A DNA stretch of 62,931 bases, filler included, from Sphacelaria rigidula (Eukaryota), in the NCBI GenBank assembly GCA_964200075.2. It is 8 parts of 8 records of this genome, joined end to end, with 100 filler letters (N's around TTAATTAATTAA, not from the genome) between each part and the next. Parts side by side here need not be neighbours in the genome. Positions count along the whole stretch, not along the records: positions 1 to 7,780 come from CAXNAA020013479.1; positions 7,881 to 15,660 come from CAXNAA020013480.1; 6 more parts are not named here. One strand, given 5' to 3'. Both the position numbers and the translations under genes were made by a program. The first letter of the stretch is position 1, and each line of letters starts with the position of its first letter. Below the pieces are notes generated by a model, which made no database searches, had not been told where the DNA came from, and was given only the letters and a program-made list of their open reading frames with translations. This document shows, in pieces, positions 1 through 12,400 of this stretch.

Positions 1-53
1 CAACTCAACCATTAAAACGTTACGGGGTTACCAACTGAGCCACCGGGGTGACC
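1..53 (-). mobile_element. Truncated head of the same tRNA-derived SINE
   Basis: Reverse complement reads GGTCACCCCGGTGGCTCAGTTGGTAAC, matching 39693 onward. Confidence 0.6.
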
Positions 54-224
54 GATGAAATAGTCCCCATAAATAATTGTTCTTTAGGGGCTGCAACAAT
101 GTTGGACGGGTTGGGATAGGTTTTTGTTGTTATACTTTTGGAGAAGGGGGAGACAGAATACGGAACAAAGGCGCCGAAGCTCTTCTTTTCGTAGAGAGAT
201 GGTACTGCGGCGATCCGACACTTT

Positions 225-2580
225 CAACGATAGCCCCCCCCCCGTAACCAGCACAAAACTGTTCCGAATAAAATGGTCATACGGCGCCTGATGTTTGAGC
301 TCAGGCTGCATGAAGCGCCTCACGTGGGTGACATTTGCGAAAGCGAACCCAAGCGTGGGAATTACTAGCTGCTTGTTGAGCTCAGCTTTTTCCATTTCGA
401 TTCACGTGTAGATTTAGATTTTGCCTCCCAAACCAGCCACTCCTTGAAGGAGGGGGGGGGGGGGGGGGGGGGTTTACCCCCCCTTTTCTTCCTTTGTTTT
501 TTTTTTTTTCTACAAAAGAGGTTTTTACTCCCCAAAANNNNNNNNNNTTTGTTGGTCCTAACTTTTTCCATTTTCGTTCCAGGGGGATTTTTAGTTTTGC
601 CCCCAAAACCCCCCCCCCCTTGAGGGGGGGGGGGGGGGGGGGGGGGGGAGTGTCATCCCCCTTTTGCTCGCTAGTTTTTCTTTGTCTCGATAAAACAGGG
701 TCTTGACCCTCATAACGCCAGATCTCCTCTGGTGGACCGCAGGGTGACTGACCACTGTTCGGCAAAGGTCGGGATACTGTTTCCTACAGAGCCTGCCTCG
801 AGATATCGGCAAAACAAATCACGTTTGTACAGAACGCAGAGTAAAGTAGGAGCACCCCCACCGTTATTTCGGCTGCGACCGGTCCGCTGCTTCGTGCTCG
901 TTAGCATGACTGCTGTGGCGGACACATGGCGCATGGTGTGCATGTGTAGTTGAACGATGCTACACCCGTGCTGTGGGTAGTGGCAATGGCTCTGTCGGTG
1001 CGGCGTGTCGTCACACCTCTGATACTTCGGAGGCCTCTGTGCTTTCGACAAGGTCGCAGCGAATATAGCCAGTCTGTGATTCGAGATGGGCAGGGACTAG
1101 CTGCGCCAGGGAGTCAGCCGCAAGGAGCCTTAGTACTGCAAAACTGTGTTGTACGACACCACCCATCCCCACAGGCCTCGACGAACGCCGCGCCATGAAG
1201 TAAGTATACTAACTGTGGTACAGTTATCCACCGTCTCGTGGCAACATTTCAATACTTTCCTTCAAATTTACCCGCGCATGCCCTCGCATACAAGTCCGCT
1301 GCGGCTGCACCGACTGACTATGGTTGAATCACTGTCGGGCGGCGGAGGCTTTGGAAATGTACATGTTGGGCCCGAAACACAAGCGATCACTCGATTTCAG
1401 CGATAATGCCAAAAGGTCCTATCTGGTCCTACTCTGACTATGAAGTAAACGGTTCATCTCCGATTATTTTGGGCATCGGAATAGGGTACTGCACATATAA
1501 TTTAATACCCCGAATGACACCCTCTTTTGAGAAAAAAAAAAAATTCCGCCGGATTGTCGGCCAGATGATTACACCGAAACGCTGCACGAGGCTCGGCGCT
1601 CGAAGGGTCTCGAGATACGGCCCATGGTACGATCAGAAGGGTGAGCCCAGGCTCACACGCAGCCGAGGGTTGTGTGCGTTGCTGCCCGTACGACAGCACC
1701 GTGCTGCACATCGTGTATGTTTTAAAGCTCATAGTGCAATGCAGTGTACGTACGATGCAACCACTAACGAGAGCACACGCGACGGCCAAGGTGGGTGTCA
1801 AATACGAAGCCCATGCAGGGTGTTGCTGTCCTTTGAGCAGCACGGTGACAGTGCCGACAGCAATACAACGCAGACACGGGTGGAGAAACTCGAGGTTTTT
1901 CACACGCGGGGAGGTATTCAACTCCCATCCGTCGGCAAAAATCGCCTATGCAGCCCAAGACAAGAGCTACACATGTCCGCGGGGAGATCTGAGGAGGATT
2001 CAAGCACTCAGAGATGGTTGACGGGGCCGGAGTGTCTCATCTTGTGGTCATGGGAAGGCCCGACCTAAAGTGACGAGTACGTACATACGTACTCGTACGT
2101 AGGTCCGAAAAAAAACGTTTTGTCGGGTTTCGCACTGTTCAACACAACAACACTTCTGCATGTTTTGTAAACGTCTGCTGACTGTCTTCGTTGTTGTTGC
2201 TATTGTTGTTGTTAATATGACTCTTGGAAAACTGCGTCTTTGGCCCCTCTTCATCGTTTAGCGCCAGGAGAAAGGACTTGCTCGGATTTGACAACCGGGA
2301 AGGACTTGCTACACTCCTTGGCATGGTTCCAGGGTACCTTTGATGCCGCGATAGCCTTCCCGAGAAAGGCGGCTGGTATGAGGAGATGGAATTTCAAAGT
2401 GAATCAAAATGACAGAGCCGAGCAAACCGAGCAGCTGGGAACTCCCACGCTTGGGATCGTCTTCGCCAATGTCGCCGATGTCAGGCGCTTCATGCCATCT
2501 GAAATCAGCCACCATGCGCCATATGGACATTTCTTTCGTGACAGTTTTGGGGCTGGTTTGTCGGAGGGAGGGGGGTTGGG
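225..2580. repeat. Long degenerate palindrome P1, centre ~1325
   Basis: Inverted matches: 255-395 with 2410-2547; CAGATCTCC (~720) with GGAGATCTG (~1983); GTGCTCGTTAG (~894) with CTAACGAGAGCAC (~1764); TCACACCTCTGAT (1011) with ATCAGAAGGGTGA (~1632). Confidence 0.75.
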
Positions 2581-3329
2581 CGGGGGGGGGTTCCGACAGT
2601 ACTTCTTCGCTTTTCCGGTTACCGCAGGTAATTATTTCGGCCAAACTACCAAGTTCTTGGACAAACGGTCGAACTCCATTAAAAAAAAACGATTTTGTTG
2701 GTGCGTTTTCATGCGGATTGGACTTTGTTTTCGGCAACTAGAGCGGAAAATCGTCAATCCGCTCCAAGATCAAACTTCATGTACCGGAAAACACTAAAAT
2801 GTGCCGAAGTTCAGTCGGATCCGTGTTGAATACAAATATTTCGAGGTGGAAGAATTCGCCGATCTCTTTTCTCAGGCGAAAAACGTCCGGGAAGGGTCAA
2901 AAAGGCACTTATCCGAGAGATTCCCGTGACAGGATCGTGAGCAGCGACCTTATTTCCGTCACGCTCCACTTGTTGTGTTGAGGTGCAGGGGTTGTGGCTA
3001 CCAAGAAGGAGTTAGCCAACATCGGCATACGTACTGACACCAAGAATATATCACAGCAGACCGTTTCTCGTGAGAGCAACTTTTTCTTCATCAAAAAAAG
3101 ATCTGGGAAGGCACTTTTGAAGTCCTTGACTGGCACAATAGTAGGTTCAATGTCATACACAATTTCGACCCACAGTTTGTTCCCAGGGGATATTTGGTTC
3201 CCGTTTTCCAGGATCGCCTGTTTGTACGTCCTTCGCCTGTGTTCTAAGCGTGGAAAGACGACCCGACGACTACCGCCATCTCGGATAGACTTACTCACTT
3301 GCAGTCGAAAGGGATACTCATACGCTTCG

Positions 3330-4720
3330 ATGATTTTCTTTCCTCCGGAAAGCCACATGTGGACGAATGAATCGCAGGACGGTAATCTCAGGAAGGCCGC
3401 GCGCTGCCGAATTTCCGGGATAATTGCGTGAATGTAAGAATGACATTTCGGGGAGCATACGGTACTCGTATCGATTCGCTCCGCATCGTGGACCAGTGAC
3501 AGCGATCTCCCCCTACGCAAACAGGAATGACGGCACTCGACGAGGATCTCGCGGACATTGCAGCTCCCGGCGTGGACTTCGTCGTGGCTGATTGAAAACT
3601 TGAACTTCCCGAACGTTTGCAAGACGATGCGGCTCGACAAGTTCGTTGCCCACAAGACTTACGGTGCAACTTGTACGTTCTAGGTTGGTGACTTTGGGAA
3701 CCGCGGGTGTTCGTTCGGGTGTTCACGCTTGTTGCCCCTTCCCCCCCAAACTAGAATCAAACTGCGCGTGCCGAAAATTCTTGAACAGCTCCGGACGATG
3801 AAGAAAGTCGATCCGAGGTAACATCGACTGTTGTTGTTCACTCAACACAATCAACAACAATCAACACAATCTTTATCGCGCCAAAAATCGCCCATGATCT
3901 TTGGTGGCGATGCAAGAACAAAATCCGGCGACACTGCACTTTCCTTGGATTTTTATGCCGCTGGGGTCACAGTCAACATCCTCGCAGCCCGCAACTCCCG
4001 ACACAACGCGATGACTGGAGCCAGCCCTCTTGCATAATGTACCGACACACTTACTGGAGCAGCACACCAAATCTTGGGGCATGGCGTGGACTGTGGTCGT
4101 CATACTGCTCCCGGTGGTGGCAAAGGTCAAGTTGTTAGATCGTTCATTGCCCAACAGGAAAGTCATGAATAATCCGATCGGGACACGGACAACGTGTTGC
4201 ACCTTGACCTCAGCCACCAACGACAGCACCATGATGGTCCAGACCCACGCTATGCTCCAACACTCGATATACTGCTCCAGTAAACTTGCTGGTACATTAT
4301 CAAGCGGACCTGACTCTAATCGTCGCTGCTCGTGGAGAGTTGTGGACTGTGAGGACGAGGGCCAGGGCACAGCGGCATGGAAACACAACAGAAGAGAGAA
4401 ACTCTTGTTGTGGTACCATTGCTGTATATATATATATATATATATATATTTACAGGTATGGACATAGAACTGGCGTCCTCCGGCACGGTCTAGCATGCCA
4501 GGATGTTCACAGTGTATGTTCGGCGGTTCTACTTTCGGTGCTTGGTGGTATTTGGCGCAGATGGTCATAAACTTCGTTCTGAAACGCGAAGAGATCAAAC
4601 CACAGGTGGGTGATGAGCTGCGAAGTGCCCAGGTGTTGCGGAGAGATTGTGTAGCCTTCCCGAGACCAAGGCTGAATGGACAATCTGTACATACGGTGTA
4701 AGGAGAAAGATCCAACCCAA
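3330..4720. repeat. Long degenerate palindrome P2, centre TCATGA 4163-4168
   Basis: ATAATGTACC...TTACTGGAGCAG (4034 onward) pairs nearly gap-free with CTGCTCCAGTAA...GGTACATTAT (to 4300). It continues to ATGCCGCTG/CAGCGGCAT and TCTCAGGAAGGC (~3386)/GCCTTCCCGAGA (~4654). Confidence 0.85.
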
Positions 4721-5849
4721 AACACGGGGTGTCGATAATTATATGCGTGCACTGGGCACTCGATACCTTCAGAAGATGATACATCTGTAGTGCACCCACA
4801 GTTGCTGTTGGCAATACATAGGCTGACTCTGAGTTACCCCCTCGGCCTCTGCGTTGGACTACACGTCATCGTGTCGATGGTTGAGATCACAAAATACAAC
4901 AATCAGTATACCACAACCACTCCACTAGGACAGTGTGTAATAACGCATTTGATTTACGTAGTTTTGTCATAGAACATACTACTGGCAGAACAAGTAGGTA
5001 CTACATATGCAAGGTGAAATGAGCAAAGTCGGCACAGACAGCGAAGTAGGCACAGCACATGCCATATATATTGAGTGGCGGATAGATCCGCCAGTCTGAT
5101 TGAGCGAGAGTCTCTATCCCCTCGTTTGTACGTGGTGGGCAGCACAGAAAGAGATGACTGTAAGTCTGTATCTTCAGATCATTGTTCTAGCTGTATGATG
5201 GGTGTTTTGTTTCTATCGGAATGTACATGCAATAAATACCTGAATTGCAATCGGTGTCGTTGCCGTCGTGCTCGTAGGTTCCAAAGTAGTCCCTCTCATC
5301 TTCGTCATCGCTCATACTGACGTTGTCACTGTAAACGCAGTATGCCGAGGCGCATATGCAGTACGCGTCGTGGAATTTATTCGCCCACGAGCTCATAGCT
5401 AGTAGTCGTCCAATGAATCCTGCACGCTTGTGCTGCGGGCTGCTTGTCATGTTGCTCGCTGCTCTGACAACGGGAACTAACATCATGTTGCTCCGAGCCG
5501 ATGTGACGTTCTCATGGAAAATGACGAAAATTGTACATTCGGAGTAAGACTACTTTCGCCGAAGGGTGTGAGCAAGGAAGACAGAACACAAGAAGGAGCA
5601 AAGCTACGAAGACAAGCTGGTCTGCACAAGGAGAGATACTGCCTGGCTTTGCGATTTTATCTGCTGTGCTTCTGCTTTTGATTTTCAGCCCCGGAGAGGA
5701 GCACTGTACTCTCAGAGGGTGAAGCAAGATGTCGAAGCGAGACTAGTGAGTTACAGTTTTATGTTGCATATTGTTCTACCTCACTGAAGCGCAACAGCTC
5801 GTCGCGCGCAATAGGTGCGAGCAGGCGCTGTTCACAATAAGAAGGAATC

Positions 5850-7780
5850 GTGGTGTCTCATTTTTGCTGCAGACTACAAGTCTTGACGCTATGGGGATTA
5901 AGCATAGCTGCAAAGCGTAGCGTTTCACGCATGTATTCAGTGTGTTCGACTTGAAACTCTTTGCGACTTCGCCGCGATACCCGTGTACCATCAGGGCTTC
6001 TTGACGTCTTATCCACAAGCCTACTGTTTCTGGTGGTCTTACGCCAGTACAGCAGGAGGAGTGTCGGGGTGCCGCCTTGTGCGCTGCGTTGCTGCTTGCA
6101 AGGAGACCACAATTGTATTGTGCTGTATGTTTCCATGCGCTTATATACTGTTGGTATTTGTCGCGTGAGTAGGACAGTCCGAAGAATATGTACGCCGTGA
6201 CTCCCTTACCGTATGCTGCTTTGCCCGCCCTCCCCACGTTACGCTATGGCGGCACTGACTGCTGTCGTCTGTCTGTACCAGGGACGGGGGTAACATTGTA
6301 CCGGTAACTACCCGTCACGGCCTTCGCCAGTAGGTCATTCGTATGATCCGGGCTATTTTTCAACTCCCGGGCTCCTTGCAGTCCCTCGGCCTCCGATTGT
6401 ATGGTATTTTTATTTTTCACTTCGTTGTTTGTACCGCGACAACCGCAAAATAGCAGTAGATCAACACATCGCACAGCGAATGAGCCATCCCTCTCATCAC
6501 ATAGCACCCCCCTCATCACACGAGATCCTGCGCTCATTATATAATAGCACCATTGTACTATGAGACACATCCGAGTCTGAAGTAACGAAACAAAGGTACA
6601 AAATTAACGTCGGCAACCGCGGGTATGGGACATTCTCATCCGCGGTATACTGCGGCCACTACTGGTGAGTTACCCGGAGAGCTAGCTGATGGTGGGTTAT
6701 AACCGGTAGGTACTGGGCTCACAAAGGGATCTCTTGCGTCTGTACTGTTCTGGGATAGTTGAGTGACGAGTTCCCAGGCATTTTGCGCTTCGCCAACTAT
6801 TGTACAAAACACATGCGGCAATGGTGCACGCCCGCGATTAGAGATTATAACACTGTGAAAAATGTGCTGCGTATAGCATAGAATCGATTTCTATTGCATT
6901 AGATGCAATAGTCGATACTGTACGCAGTACACTTTTTGATGATGTAATCTGCTGTCAAGTCTGTTTGTTGAAAGGTGCACCGTGAGTAATCAACGTCGTG
7001 ATGTATCGTATACTGGCATGCACTGAGAGGGTGATGGTCGCGTGGCACGCTACAACTTTGCGATTCACTCTAGCTTTTTCAACAAGAGGACGTATCAAGC
7101 GATGTTGGCAGGATTGTAATCCAAACAGTGTCATTCCTTCTCAATGACATGGAGGCGGTGTTTTGAAGGTTAGACGTCAAGACAATCCGCACCTCGCTTG
7201 TGATGACGCCGGAACTCGGAGGATATGTTGATTGGTACTAGAGCAAGGTGTCGGAGCTGCAGCCGTGGCTGCACAAGGCGCTGAAGGCCCGGTGTGCATT
7301 GAAACGGTGGATACCATTCTCATCAGATTCTATTTTTATTCACCACCTCCTGTCCGATGACGATTATAGTAGGTACAATTTCGGTCAGGCTCGTAGACCA
7401 CAACGTATCCTTCCGGCTTCGTCAATCTTCGCCTAGTTGGGGGTGAACGCTCGCAGAAAAACAGAAAATAAGCAGCATGTAGGCCCCACCATATATGTGA
7501 GGATCTAGGCTGAACGTTTGCCGGTCCAAAAAACTCGACACGTCAAGGTTAAGTTCTCTTCCGCGACCGCTGCGTTCTGCCATGGACCCTTGCCCACGTA
7601 CCCGACAAGTGGGCGACATCCCCGCACAGACAGTAGCAATTCTGGTGGATTTAAGATCCTGACAGTCTGATAGTCTGGCAGTCGGCAAGGTGGTTAAGGT
7701 ATTGTCTTTCTAGCGATATCAACTTAAATTGCACTGGAGCAGAGTTTGCAGGTGAATATTTTGGCGATTGCCTCACCCGC
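5850..7780. repeat. Long degenerate palindrome P3, centre CTATTGCAT-TAG-ATGCAATAG 6891-6911
   Basis: Symmetric anchors GGTGCAC/GTGCACC, TCCGAGT/ACTCGGA, TTGTACC/GGTACAA and ATCCAC/GTGGAT out to the contig end. Confidence 0.8.
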
Positions 7781-7880
7781 NNNNNNNNNNNNNNNNNNNN
7801 NNNNNNNNNNNNNNNNNNNNNNNNTTAATTAATTAANNNNNNNNNNNNNNNNNNNNNNNNNNNNNNNNNNNNNNNNNNNN
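7781..7880. other. Artificial contig linker (44N-TTAATTAATTAA-44N); identical linkers at 15661-15760, 23540-23639, 31419-31518, 39298-39397, 47176-47275, 55054-55153
   Basis: Seven identical 100-nt spacers with stops in all six frames. Segments between them are 7780, 7780, 7779, 7779, 7779, 7778, 7778, 7778 bp, i.e. size-sorted unplaced contigs. Confidence 0.98.
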
Positions 7881-9458
7881 GGACAAACTCATAGGCCGGG
7901 AGGGAAAAAAAAAATGGAAACAAAAAGAGACAGGACCGACGAAAAAATAACCGAGTAAAAAAAAAAAAAAAATCATGAGTAACAGTACCACGAACACTTT
8001 TTTTTTCCCAATCCACTACAAAAAACGAAGACAAGTAATAACGGTCGAAATGCTGCGCTGCCTACGGGGGCAGCCTTGTAAGTACTTGCCAACCGCTGGT
8101 ATGTAAGCCTGGACGCAGATAACCAATCCGATGACTCTCGCTATACGCATGCCATCCATGCGTTGTAAGTTAACCCACATTGCTAAACACGAACGATCTG
8201 CCTGACCATCTGCCAAAGACATTTTCATCCCACCGTCAAAGGCCAATAAACCCTCGAAACTATACTCTAGAAGATTCTTCGCGGAAGTGGCGTTTTGGGG
8301 GAACCAATTGCCTAACGGTTGAAACATGATTCCCTACAAATATTTGCACCCTTCCGATCTCAAGGCAGTGAAACAGGGCTCACGTGCAGATGACTCCGGC
8401 ACCGTGTCTCAATTCCCGAGTGGAACATGACTCGCACACTCGTCCAATCTCCGGTCGTTCACCACATTTCGGTTGCAATATTTGGAAGTTCGAGACTCAT
8501 GTTGCTGACAAAAAGTACGGAAACAATGGATGAAAAAGCAACCATCCTCAAAATTTTTCTCTCTTCTACAGGTGGTCTTGCCCACGTGTCAGAAGCGAGA
8601 CCCTCAAAGCGTGCCTATCCCACCAATGCATACATGCTACCGTGCGGCAAGACCTCTCTAAAAAAAGACATGTCACAGACGACGAAGAAACACCATTTCT
8701 CTACTCCTTTCACACGATAGTGACACACCACTGGCCACACGTGTGAATGAGTCTACGCGGCACCGTAGAGCTCCGCGAAGCGGCGAAAAGATCGGCATCG
8801 GTACGCCATACTAGCAGTGGCATCGTGATCTACAACTACACGTTCGTTACGCTAGAAACAACTAGAGCATGCCAATTGAAATTACAAAAACTAATTCTTT
8901 GAGAGAAGCTAGCGCCTTGACCTATTGGAAACACACGATGATCTGGAGGTGAATCCACGATGAGTCTGTCACTGTGGACTAATTTCTCAGGGTGGTGATT
9001 GCCGTTGACGTTGTAATATGCTAAGGGCTTCTCTCCAAAAGAGAGGGGGTGTGAGACTCGGCGCACTCCCAAAACACGGCTTAACGAGGGACGTCAGGCA
9101 CACTACACTTCCCCAACGCGCAGGTCCGATAGCTCAAGATTGTCAAGACAACCCTTTGGATGGCGGTGTCATTCCCCTTCCTCCCTGTGCCTTGCATATT
9201 GTATCATCAACGGAAAGTTCTTGGTGGCAGCATGATGAAACGATTGGGAATGAAACAATCAGAGCTACACTAGACTCCTTCTGTCTCATCACGCTTTTCA
9301 TATTCTTCTCCTTTCTTCAAAATTTCCGCAAAAATTGCTGCTACTAAACCAACATCACTCCCCATGAACCACCCGGCCTTTTTTTGCCCCCCGACATGAC
9401 ACACTCATGTTACGCCCCACGACACAAGTTTTCACGGAGGAAAATATAGTTATCCTGA

Positions 9459-12400
9459 TCACCCGACAAGAGTGACCCCTTCGTAGAGCATCGAATCCTT
9501 GAACTTCAAGTCCGGGGTTGTCCACGCCTGCAGGAAAGAGCGACCAATGCGGGAAAGCGCGGGCAAAGTAGGGAGTGAATCATACCAAATCTGGGCGCAG
9601 TCAAGATCCCTCCATCGTTTGGAGCTCGAGGACTCAAGGAGGGAAAACATGACGGTGCATGTCCTCGTGTGCGCGTCGTGGTGGGAGAGGAGGGAGGGGG
9701 GTGGGTGCTGCAACTCGCATGCAGTGCGAACGTCTGCTCGATACAACCCGATGTGCCACACACAACATACCCCGTAAATCTCAACCTTCACGATTAGTAC
9801 AATCACGTATCTGTGCCGCACCTGTTTAGCTGTCTCTCTGAGAGCGAAGAAAGTCTTGATGTTTGCGTCCAGAAACGGCATGCAGTGGTATACGATCCCG
9901 TGTTTTTCCGCCAAAGCACGAACACGGGATTGCACCGACCGTAGGTTGTACCGTGGCAACTTCGGGAACAGGTGGTGCAAGGCCTGGTTCCATATGCATG
10001 TGAGGTCCGAGGTCGTCAGAAATGCAAAAGAGGGGGAAGGGAGGAGGGGTCGAGAGGTCAACACAATACAGACGTGAAAGGAGTACGAATAGCTGGTACT
10101 TGGATGGTAAAACCTACGCAAGTTCCTCGGCTCAGCGAATAGGTACGAGAGTCCTACTTGCGCTAAATAATAGGTGGTTCTTTCAACACGCTTCGGTTTG
10201 CCGTGTGTTATTCCGCAATGGCATAAAAACTTTGGATCAAGGCTTCGTCGCAAGACGAAAGGTATGATCCAAGGGCGTCTTGGTGGTTAGATATGCCCCA
10301 CCTGGAACTGTAGCCCGCCGTGGAACCAATCCATCCAGCGGTAGCAGTCAACGTCCAAGGTGGTGTTGAGCTGCGTTTTCACCCAGCCCTCGTCGTCATT
10401 GCTGAACATCGCGAAGCAACAACAGCAACCAAAAAACCAAAAACCAAAAAAAAAGTGTGTGAAAACGAAAAGAGCGAAACAAAAAAAACAACGCTAGGTT
10501 GAATACTGAGTGGCATGCGGGATGTGAGCTTGGATGCAACGTTAGCCGTATGAAATAGCCTGCGTGACCAACGGCCACCGGTACCATCCAAATCGAGGTC
10601 TTAGCACAAACTGAGTAGCTACGACAGTAATGTCTGCACAACAAAGCAGCGCTTCACAGACACGCTGTGCAACACGGCTGCAATGTCAAAGTCGACCACC
10701 GGGTATGGCACAGTTGTAGCTAACATCCGTGCGCCAAATACCACCAACCCCGAACACCCCCCGGATGAAGAATTCATCACTACCTCCAAGATCACTCCGA
10801 TATCAGCAGTCCTGCGTCGGGGTGCGTCATACAGCGCCTTTCCCCTCGATTTCACCACCGAGTGGTGAATTTCCGACCACCGACATGCAAAACCATCAGG
10901 ATGTTACATCGGGGAGCTCGGTTGATTACAGTGCCGTGTAGACGTGTTTGAAGGCAATATGATTCGGTGAAAGCTGATGGGTTGCAGGAGTGGTCATCCT
11001 TGTGCGCAATAAGAGGGGGCAAGTTAGGTACCGAGAGCGACATCGGCTGATCCATTGAGACGACGGGCTCATTCGGAGGAGGAGAAAGGGAGAAGTAGAC
11101 GTGATACGACAAAAATATAAAATCGTGTCACAGAAGATCTTGTGCCCCAAGGTGGAACCTTTCCTTCACATGCGTGGCGGTCCGAACTTGTCGGCACACC
11201 TCAACACTGGTGTGCAGCGAAAATTACATGGGTGGGGAGCAGCACACTACGATGAATAATCCATTGAACATTCGGACTCCAGTTGGACGCTGAACGGGCG
11301 AGCTCTCGAGGGGTGGAGAGGGTCGGCAGTTGTTGTTTCCGGTGAGAGAGAAAACGCCTGAATAGAGAAGGTCATTGACATGTATACGGACCACGTCTTT
11401 GATATTAGTACATGGGACGCGGCAAACAGCGTACCACCGTCTCAGTAGAGCACAGTAGAAACGGTGTTCGCGCCAGAAGTGCATGTGGCCACGCACGCAC
11501 GAAGATGCCAGCCTACACAGCAGGTGAATGGGGATGAAATGTACCCCCTGCTGCCTCGACGACGGCAAAAGGCTGCTGCACACATTTGGCTGGGACGTTT
11601 GGGTTTGGCTTACCCCAGCTAAACGCTCGTGTTCGTTCATCGTCTACCTACGCCGACAAGAACCATTTCCCACAAACTCGCGGGACTGTAAACGTTGGAC
11701 TGTCATTGGTCCAAATACGGGAGAAACGGGCTTTCAAAGGATCGGCACGTTGATTTACCTCGTATTTCTACATCGGCTCAAGATCATAGCTCCAACTATT
11801 CATAATTTAGCATCAGAGTACACAAAAGAAGTCCTTGATTGGATACAGGTCAGCACCAACAGAATGGTGAGGGGATGGGTCATGTGTTTTCCTCAAATAC
11901 GCGGAGGCAGAGATCATATTCGAATTTGTGCGAGGGACCTGAAAAGTGATTTGCACTCTTGTGTCCCCTTAGGCGCCGGAGGTCGACGCGGCTGATTACC
12001 TCAAAACTAGTGGTGGATATTCGGTGGAGCTCTTTTGCTGTTGATACTGCAACGTCTTGCCGATCACGAGGGAAGCAAGAATGCCCCCGCAACGGTAGCA
12101 CGGCAGCAGGCCGTACAACATTTTCAAGGGCAAGCCGGGTAGGGCAAGTTCTCGGGGCAGTTGCTCTCCCGAATGTTGTGTTGCTATGGTTCGATTTTCA
12201 AACTCTACCCGCATGCTGGGTAGAGCTAGATGCGATCGCAAGACTATGCTCGATGCCTGGGCATTGTTGAGCACGAGTTTTAGGTGGTTAGAGTACGATT
12301 TTTCTCAAGGTCCCAAGTGTAGGAAAAACCCTACTCGACCTACCCTTGGAAAATTCTCCATTACACAGGCAGCAAATCAATGCATGAAGACCTGTCGCGA

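Noticed and set aside
383-690. Direct duplication with poly-G/poly-T runs and Pro/Gly-rich ORFs
   Set aside because: Two low-quality versions of the same sequence either side of a small N gap; likely a sequencing or assembly artefact.
3873-4814. 313-aa protein-coding gene
   Set aside because: It spans a (TA)n microsatellite and a palindrome, has no domain, and is mirrored by an antisense ORF.
7825-7836. TTAATTAATTAA recurring every ~7.88 kb as a biological periodic motif
   Set aside because: Assembly linker embedded in N runs. The period reflects size-sorted contigs, so no synteny can be inferred across linkers.
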